Shown here piece by piece: positions 62,501 to 64,000 of a stretch of DNA of 64,000 bases. The translations under genes were made by a program, and so were the position numbers. Numbering within the stretch: position 1 is the first letter of the stretch; every line of letters starts with the position of its first letter. The notes under the pieces were generated by a model, which saw only the letters and a list, made by a program, of their open reading frames with translations, was not told the origin of the DNA and did not search any database. The DNA comes from a virus, in IMG/VR virus record IMGVR_UViG_3300026292_000004, positions 1-64,000 of that record; one strand, written 5' to 3'.

Positions 62501-63999
62501 ATATCAAACTTAGGATCCCAGAAATTATAACTGGTTGCAGTAAAGTTAGTAACTTTGTCTACAGCAAGTTGGAATTGTTGTGCTTCACAATGTGCAATAG
62601 CAAATGACTTCTGAGGACTAGTATTAGTAGGTGCAACCTCTAAAAGAGCATAGAATTTACCATTATCAGGATTATACTTAATATCTGCTACTTTTTCAGA
62701 AGAATCGGTACTAGCGATCTTTCTCTTTTGTTGAATAAGAAGGTTTTCGTTGAATACAATCAAGAAAGCATCATAAGGGTTAGAAGTGTTAGTATTGGTA
62801 TAACCACCCATACAGAACTTATTTTCACCAACCTTAGTAAGTGCAGTTACTATATCTTGACGAGTAGAACCTGAAATACCAGCAATTTCCTTCTGATACT
62901 GTATTCCTACATTAGCACCACCTGAAGATTGATTGAACTTCATCAAAACAATATCAGGGTTGTAGTTAATATTGAGTGAATTTGGTTTTGTAGTACCACT
63001 TACATATACATCTTGAGTATCACTAGTAATATCAACATATATTGCAGCAAAATCACAATAAGTATCTTGACCACTTGGTTGCTCAGATCTAGCAGTTTTA
63101 GACCAAATTAAGTCTCCAGACTGAGAATACTTAGCAACATAACCTACTCTGTTGTTATATTCATCTAATGTATTACCACAAACGTAATAATCCTTAGTAG
63201 AATTATCAGTGAATATAGAATTGGCAACAGTATTCTTTAAATTATTTGTATTGTTAAGGAAGTATTCTGCCTTCTTAAATGACTGAGGATGTGAAATTAC
63301 TAATTTTGGAGCAGTAGTAAACCCATTACCAGATCTAATAATATTAAATTCTGATACAGTACCATTACCAGTATCAATTATTGGAGTAATAGCAGCATGT
63401 TGTCCTACACCATCAATTTCAACACTAATAGGTACATCATCATTATATCCAGTACCAATCTGAGTAACATTAATTTGTTCAATACCATCAACGGCTTTAA
63501 CCTTATAAGTCTCTAATTCACTTGCTGAATTTGGAGTATAATCAATAAGAACTCTATCAGTAGCAAGAAGATCATGAGGTTCAGCACATTCCACAACACC
63601 ATGAGGAACATCATCAATTAACTCATAACTGTAAGAACTAACAGATTTACCTTCAATTGTTCTAACAACAGCAGATATACCATATCCTTCAGTATCAGTG
63701 TTATCAAAGACCAAACGGTCATTAACCTGATAACTATCACCTGGGTTCTCTACAACAAATGATGAAACAGCAGCATCCTCAAATTTAGTCGTTGTTTCAA
63801 CTTCAATATCAACTTTAGAGTCAAATCTAACTTTAGGGAAGTAGTCAAATAATTCTAACTTGTTTTCTTCAAGTAAAGATCCAACATCTGTAAGTTCTTC
63901 AGCAGTTGTTGTAGTATTAGTGATTTCATAGGTAGCGCGGAAACCGACGTACTCAATGTCAGTAATATTAGCACTTTGTGAAGTTCCGTTATTATCATA
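41581..63999 (-). CDS. gp7: Giant gp7-like baseplate wedge initiator, 5'-truncated by the window (at least 7,472 aa)
   Basis: The frame is open from 63999 to the stop at 41581, so the TTG at 63714 is internal. Contains IQDSYFYQDFSYSVK...WRD....VHPAGFKVFGE (~58300-58440) and lies upstream of gp8. Also has a beta-propeller-like region, two LamG-like domains, helical repeats and many beta modules. Confidence 0.8.
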   Translation of the reverse strand, partial: YDNNGTSQSANITDIEYVGFRATYEITNTTTTAEELTDVGSLLEENKLELFDYFPKVRFDSKVDIEVETTTKFEDAAVSSFVVENPGDSYQVNDRLVFDNTDTEGYGISAVVRTIEGKSVSSYSYELIDDVPHGVVECAEPHDLLATDRVLIDYTPNSASELETYKVKAVDGIEQINVTQIGTGYNDDVPISVEIDGVGQHAAITPIIDTGNGTVSEFNIIRSGNGFTTAPKLVISHPQSFKKAEYFLNNTNNLKNTVANSIFTDNSTKDYYVCGNTLDEYNNRVGYVAKYSQSGDLIWSKTARSEQPSGQDTYCDFAAIYVDITSDTQDVYVSGTTKPNSLNINYNPDIVLMKFNQSSGGANVGIQYQKEIAGISGSTRQDIVTALTKVGENKFCMGGYTNTNTSNPYDAFLIVFNENLLIQQKRKIASTDSSEKVADIKYNPDNGKFYALLEVAPTNTSPQKSFAIAHCEAQQFQLAVDKVTNFTATSYNFWDPKFDIDEFGDFYVSGTAYSASNSNSIIVTKVTTSDTVVWGKRWTPTGGTTWRNLKAIGGNIDVFGQYNVACNYEVNESTAEYDAYRKQSEITKIKYDGTLISTNVVKFTRNIVGFEINDFVSDASGDPIFVGQAFRNEVIGLFNFEQTSETEPVDTTGNITNRNLIGDYYKGSNITSGAPNGKGSTGGLMIDAWDGSAWADTHFELEPGNNTGIWGFKDSFDVNGNWTIEGFFSVDESNDQQDTRLGTAGSSHHILFGVGHGNEPGITVMLNRSNKRIEMYASATTQRTAGAIASVDNVLINNVGYVHIALTKNGNVYTVYANGTQVGTGTLPGNSNIATTAKIYMGNSPNWQSASSGLTVTTAGSFNVDGFKITDRVIQVIVPSTTADFNTYLQKYTYAVDCSLILKTDKNVDTSRQGDFTGTNTTWQFNTAAYTYSNVTDQVINPGALTLAGEGLQVLDYNDANSTLVLDSVTISSTTDVWSTRTATIPAIGGRKVKATPLTWGKFYIQTVDAIQADNILKFTFNQPATFNVGSQLQQKNAGGQVIGTATIVDSDSTGVYVASYGTATDWVGWEDTGEIVSTGTEVNEIASQTFANQDHDATAGQGTFIFDIPGGLSARFKEYSINDYTVRIDATAPAGSPYIVGSVITPTSDTVSWNADRTQLTIGASPNQLTAVTQITLITNLEKIIILDDAANTDKIYFTTAEAHRHKVGDNLLISGNDLEEFNGSFNVTNVLSTRSFIVGLRAVAVGLPVAASAIDIYAKHPVLKMYYQHKYKFMLGDTSLQGYFMSFSKDNLFKLEYSFNSITRVGTPGYQVGNQPEPYVQISINNDVTNISYYFDPSKTGDTSPVDAGTYMDVVTTPYNGNFVIYSTSGGTITTGDTIFKFPLTSEPEGTAQASLVKYTTFSTKAVGPIGDIRLVNGGGFYKKLPVISQIVSNRKIERVAITEPGTEYAVGEYTGVPISGDGEGGKVNITVADGEDDEGNNIPGQIAEVIVTDPGKNYTTATIDIESITGILGAGLTGSGAELTVVIPPNGTGASVFVKADKIGKIKKLKNNNFGFDYTHDYTLRPEITFPVNVQLTSTNILDSITVTDPGSGYATPPAVIIAGGGGSGATAEASIKNGRIDAIEVKDPGAGYSSQPAVTLKSSFNYVVNLDLNLLQFSFPHGIVNGSAVTLTSNDDGSGDDPELPISSFGRLNANTTYYAISGISNSLENDQLRLAITKDNAAIGDYISYTNAGTGRQVVLTDSFGGAATANVVTGRFLAGELIYQGDTLENATATGYVSENDGWQIGPRILKIVDYTGTFSKNQIVTGTISKASGTIDNFSIAKGVLEVGAITTTPGRFVDDVGKPSEIIQKIQDSYFYQDFSYSVKAPVSISDWRDILITNVHPAGFKVFGELGLVEKSTIENKETAFELTKSVNLAESAIVPNLQNFTLVEPVYTEFDNTEVRFRQKNLTSSEQILTSTVQKINDISDQFDGEKISFGLTVQNINQDGNVVTEPVIASANQLLISLNGIVQSPGDAFTVQGSNVVFSSPPQPPANVQYSNATLEFKTLYRANLSTISGIFPLVGGTIRGIITDYEAIVVATGLTTVDFYYKTTAGQPFQVDDPATTLTYEGEAITSSATGFTANVDSIDPITNTNLFQFKEDIENLRGDNAKIERVNLEGDNGQVLTTIPAGLSASGNTFDVASGYALSKVTLTTAGTGYIDNIDGVSTSGGSGTGMTVTVDADGSGVITATKIKERGTGYALGDVITISGGGNQDATVTIVANTGGVYQIDSERFEVATIVGNTVTANRGVDGTAVVGHQTDSNVFGTTIEIGDTVLLSKTAGTYQSTAGLFDIVIGDIIIGQKSNIVAEVIGISAYRDPVTNEPNNQVIISEGSTFQGLVFNRITNINFQNVILDNVSQTQLQLTDVNDKNTEFNSKFPNSEVVSNLILEYNNAAGTFTVDEDIRNHIVNYSNISGDLIDGETVRLYKLAYDEPKVTPDGLILTGDIIRSENGTAQVIGTNYARKYLYLGKVARRSTDLHVPVAQSGAINATLQKKFGSASLYLNGSAYVSVPTSTEFGFGNGEWTVECWFYAASVTGTQHLIDFRTQASEASPCIRLDGTGLEYHVSGADVITGGTVTQNTWHHVAVSRDGNNHRMFLDGTQVGSTWSNATDYGTTKPIKVGADHAAANQFQGYVDELRVSNNKRYTTNFTNATYMHQGDINTLLLVHFDGANLSTTFQDWSGVPTWNEGDQFLTGDTTFRFFDASTEILNNVELIANEAIYQTDKEFVKLHIPHPDTEVPITYGKEFYDVINSNLDFIAAEAYDRISPEPPPGTGPIDCKDDVKDIIRNISYNLTYGFNNKTYDAAKLYVNNAKLDHLKGKESFSIRVFNEARDIAKRVINNSPVLQYNGFKASDATYEPVSGDLTVDIGKSHNFIVNSTRSNGSACVTANSLKFTCAMDGNKSEHTYPRLEDQSYLRKNAIKEVGITSHTIDNATYDPETGILQLWVPGHKFVDGNSVQILGKSLVFTCDQDDHHTDHNYPRTTDPWNGRWLKISNSNPDSFEVNVGKSLSYTFTPSAGTYDPTTGDMVLDIGTHSLAAGQTIKIQPNSLVWTCALDSNATEHTYPRTAIDTHQAASGSTYAPLTGVLDVTTAATHGMQVGDWIKFNEGAITFNCTMDGGSSNKAYPRQTDPTYDKWLQVESVPSTTRFTVNVGKSPAVNYTPTDAAYNPTTGIMELTIGTHGMVAGDAIKLAQDSLTFTCDYNNDNHATTKTYPRNNGNDSATYNTSIAITAVGDAVLTPTFADYNPNTGHVTLTIKDHPVQNGDKIKIANNALSFTCDHDNHDTVHSYPRATDESSGKWLTVFNRTPDTFDVQILASVPSTNATEHTFVSCTAGCVTGQDMTISMQVLPSAPSTDQTEHRFVSASAGAVQTGGNYTHTFVSGVADGIQQKRDKVYDTSIPIKYEGTPYTAAQSDTDYEPTTGVLTIGQTGHNFTVGEYVKIVDESLTFQCNTDSYGSNHLYPRPTDPASGQWLRIDAVATDSFDVQIGKSSDTSNHNCTAVAANGIIRRDSKITVNVGVSSNTSGHTFVRADNNCIETGTGENIEGFGVTGASYTPASGVLELTIGDHDFSVGEYVKIANNSLNFVCNHNSDNYITNKSYPRTTDPAYNKFLKITDIGTNAKTATGATYEPTTGLLTITSAAHGFVSGQRIKIVDSSIVFTCTAGGGTHAYPRSTDPISGKWITVTVVDADTFKCNVGVSSNTTVHSFDSAVANGLQYQSGIIKVNALQGTTPTNTSTHQFVNANNQYTPTDADYDPATGWMTLTLAGHTFASGEYIKVADAGLVFTCATDDNKTQHSYPRETDPFSGKWMKIGKVTTDTFAINVGITSNNTVHTFVSAVFNCVSRAVVYNGGAYNHTFKSHAPHGLLGQDGNVTFNVGASPEVGHDVSAATYTPADGNLTLNIGKHNMNVGNAIKIDTDSLTFQCNMDSQNTNKTYPRSTDPVHNTNIPITAVGQTQHTVVAGNHAFVSALSGGIRDASATGNTYTVTNAVYTAETGNLVLTVGADGTDSLAASDFINMKVSSLTMTCDLDQNATNHAYPRATDPIFTTLGTGTSDATWSRTIPITKAGNDITMNVGIGTAGTKYNPETGVLTLDIQNHGWSGPTNLTGASGTTYDPATGELSVTTTGVHSLANGARVRFEEGAFTFSCAMGSGNKTYPRKSDPTFGKWLDVDVDSTTVFKVNVGKSPLKDFHVAHAEYDHTGGDLVLEIGNHDLKVGTAIKLAKESLEFTCSNDGYATTHKYPRSTDPAYNAALNIKGVTPTTITINVNVGSGGNQFAHKFVPAVGLTPTAATYNPGNGTLQMTITGHGLESTSRIKIAEDALQFTCDMDHHETVHAYPRSTDPVANKWLDVTVVDANTITVPVGTTPLVNHDVTNAVYSPNTGEMVLTVGHNHGIKKGQGIKIGQDKLSFKCQQDATLAEPDGVTTHTYPRNTIDTSTVNTASYDPATGHLTLTVPLHGYKYGEKIKIADNSLTFKCAKDGNATNHSYPRGSDYASGRWLPIFDVTSTTFKVQVLDLAPSTNPDTHIFESATANGISIQRDPYYDRTIYVDGVTRTTITVNVGISSNVSTHTWVGGTSSNAITSGGNYTHTFVNAVNNSILTSVVRTGGNYTHVWQSSASNGIKVAGDQVKLDNEALKFTCKLDGDTSYHSYPRPKDPSASQWIPIENLTTHTFDIQIGKSPDTSVHTFNSCVGNALKKQTGEITVNVGASPQVLYDVAGATYNFTSGDLVLNIGTHDLIEAQSIKLADSSLTFQCTYGGSPVQVAYPRGTGSSYSGGTPSGADYAWQRALPITAIGKNQHTVTGATYTASTGILRLTIANHGFTDQDKIRILDNSLTFTCNQDLHQTLHTYPRGNDPISNKWTAISNITDNTFDVQVGQTSIGDFEHTFISASSNGLETQTGTITVDVKPITSVGSPTAHTFIGASAGAVIAGGNYTHVFQSAAAGAVKTGGGYAHTFVSSEDNAITSHGEIQQTNSNIPFVYGGYPEANARLDALMKIVTDTLSDPGALRTIEYPSSVNFIQRTHPSFSKCVRDAKEWVKAICYDLRNEGNSKSWDTAAYYVNRADTNNILINHISGEEGETVWAIGKVRDFMINVMRRDAISITGDHGYEQVIDNTITTDTANPYCQDVATAITTYTGIISDTIFNADSLTPSDHLGTVTRTAPTSETGGGVVDAYVTSEFTCDKEFPDDDLFVSNQLNPDALNRYKDAANLIRANATVIVDETAGDMLNRYPDLVQDMPRNEGGASGLGTIRCKTDLGLILDAIAEDLEYGGNANTVTAFRFYLGSNGEILHIRLQLLQSLYAHERLAFYAKAAIDGTLVANYSTNVIIPPAGITVDGGGCANVKTSIDTLITLMNSTLSPTGDRYADAADLMIFNKDYIGNEAVGLMQEKFTYQDAGSNDVRVFNYPGGDTDGKNKCVRDMTLIVDSIASDLLVGGNYSSVEAAKKFLDTSQNIVQVEDQLAQTAEAIERVGFLCKKAVNNLLQSTGAGQLSPEHYVGRFTDQNIIPAVTDLTITDSQDDGYSTDYTAQDCANVQSAIDTLIETIIEILVPSGKQGRESALQILVGDEYFEEEIRSSTIADWGGVWEEEEETAFLTQVKDDAIYDLLSTPDLIGTLYSPTNVSYTPSTGKLVLTIAGHGMTPYTKHTPTGAAFTPATGAMTITLSGHGFSNGDKIKLDDNSLTFKCAQDNSVTKTYPRSSDPASGRWLTITGVTTNTFVVNVGISSNTTAHTFQTALSDCLQKQNDVIQIKPNSLTFTCAMDDDSSYHSYPRPTDPFYKKDIAVESVTTNTITVDVGKTTAGTYTPTAADYNHTTGDMELTVGALDVTNATYNATSGDMELTVGLNHGLTTDDTIGLKPESLTFTCAAATGTHTFVTGVTNGLTFDVGGTLSQKTAAAGTTYTPATGLLVLEIGSHSYTTSDTLEIDDQAVIFTCDADSHATQHPYPRSSDPASGQILSIDAVTGTTVTVDVGQSNQTQSAYPRLTGSRAVGGIDYAAKNRLAITGTSSTTITVNVNGGQGAISVPLSHTYASSLPGAVMTGHRLLAGTSIRLAPNSLTFTCTQGGGNQTYPRTTDPFYNKSINIKSVGTDNVDDPDTASYNPNNGILTLDINNHGLSAGDLIKFEDGAITFKCQLDNEISVHAYPRSTDPWSQKWLEPTIISADQLSVNIGASPDTSLHTYVTCTPNGIKKQDGTIIVNVGIAATADQYPHTFVAGQSAAINAIQTGGDFTHTFTSADEECIEGPVTTATLNNTAALKNIRLIQSPVSGETQSDNIWPSGQRETFDAGGWTVTGGTISNDIGVAPDGTMTADKYIPGANTSAKVIEREFTLPTYDTFDKDTIKFDDAINKFDEGSSLSYQEYTFSCFVKQDEYYKFRHSISWSATDKAEFTWDAVTGAIGPSLFINGNVIVGDGSDSNGMKGTYWGVKPYGFGWFRPFITIRVPFGISTITMKEYMLNNTGTLAGGGSEGDGTKGSFIWGAKLNKGFLDIYQSEAGEKFYISDEFNIKNYILDKFEDFVEEQLNNNLINPAPDSGTIPAYKPELNIYYDTPEVMFRIKNTIRLYKSQLVDDSFYEQQTGYVGVTLPTTTYVAGGTRNVPVGLGQKIVGSDHFYAVGSDSYAEIEKVTSNEARIAKIFKRFSFKADQVTLGGGNADFALGEIIQITGNAAITGVVYATSSDDNFRYMDVVISAGTFTQYLGITGQTSGAALAGGTNLVGSITNLTNAGANVNRTQGSYDGIAATGGNGSNATFNITVDDQGAANITIANGGTGYGVSDVLTLPDALLGNGGAPNITFEVGTLTNAGIQTIVDRFQVINLVNEMKAGYSFKGYSSGAKADIVAFNKNEGAVLDNTGGKLTIDTESVVGAFEENSVVYPDATRIYLDVTKHPSIAANIATGDKVVATGYTRLGVTLTGANATLDFSVGQYVYQANNNQSIIDGGAYGIVTGWDDANNYLYVSPIGSSAFANGQYIGQYQLGETSSPIIYGQVSTTVNATTTAYGTVSRIDEIGLTNRVYLSDVVGTFTGNDTIISDDGYKAASSEKIDVVGRTKRWFVGFDGTQTQFKLTEQNGTPYFPDPEGHMMVFVNGILQPPGAAGSYTAFSDIIQFNEAPTIGSSFTGFYVGKMRQLDDISFEFDSLRSSFNLKRDGTFYSIALTEGVQATESIIADNNIIISLNGVIQQPGIGFELVGSRVVFKETPRVGSTFVGFAYIGSDADVTQSEIVPPIEAGDLLDIQGETEDREVAVIESSNTLVTFEYIGSVFGRDAQGNAAIVKNRIDSVQVTNPGSGFSARPVIRVDSASGFDGAVKALVGVSRVDTTAPGSNYNYPGVTITNVVADEWTAPDLSAYGEEALYKEEVVDTDVINVTPENLANVDSGDIPGQGSSPAGTGTTVGTFAVTSIWSSTPAP
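45076..46977 (-). repeat. Second cluster of 6 nested copies of the same YPR domain
   Basis: 6 YPR motifs over 634 aa. Confidence 0.9.
48916..55305 (-). repeat. 20 nested copies of a ~105-aa domain (A.Y.P.TG.L.L.IG.H...G..IKI...SL.FTC..D...H.YPR.TDP...W..I..V..TF.VNVG.S...HTF.SA..N.I)
   Basis: 20 YPR motifs counted in the translation; the segments are interleaved rather than tandem. Confidence 0.9.
55810..56400 (-). other. LamG/concanavalin-A-like domain within the giant protein
   Basis: FGSASLYLNG, WTVECWFY, WHHVAVSRDGN...FLDG, FQGYVDELRVS. A second, diverged copy lies near 61330-62100. Confidence 0.8.
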
Positions 64000-64000
64000 A

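Noticed and set aside
63712-63714. TTG start assigned to the 7,377-aa ORF
   Set aside because: The frame stays open to the window edge and encodes plausible continuing protein, so the real start is outside the window.
1-64000. tRNA, rRNA or structured ncRNA genes
   Set aside because: Intergenic gaps are nearly all under 80 nt and contain only promoters or terminators. No cloverleaf was seen by eye; tRNAscan/Infernal were not run.

Overview
This 64 kb window is the virion-morphogenesis (late) region of a T4-like marine cyanomyovirus (Kyanoviridae-type; low GC, so probably a Prochlorococcus/Synechococcus host). All credible genes lie on the minus strand. In transcription order they are: a giant gp7-like baseplate protein (open to the window edge, at least 7,472 aa), two YHYH-family proteins, a gp9/gp10-like protein, gp8, a 2,484-aa DUF4815/VrlC-like protein, a 2,452-aa fibre, gp13-gp16, a 4.6 kb accessory island (petE, petF, thermonuclease, 2OG-Fe(II) oxygenase, small ORFs), gp17-gp23 and a carbamoyltransferase. 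T4 late-promoter boxes (NATAAATA/CTAAATA) precede many genes, and one consensus sigma70 promoter drives the petE/petF island. The standout observation is architectural: several structural proteins are built by recursive domain-in-domain insertion rather than tandem repetition. In the giant protein, 26 copies of a ~105-aa His/Cys-containing beta domain are nested inside each other's loops like balanced parentheses (two branched trees, up to 8 levels deep, including circularly permuted copies). In the 2,452-aa fibre, 8 domains each lack their last strand, and 8 consecutive 11-12-aa 'return' strands follow them. Shallower nesting appears in gp18, gp14 and a YHYH protein. All parses were done by eye from the translations; no database searches or structure predictions were run.
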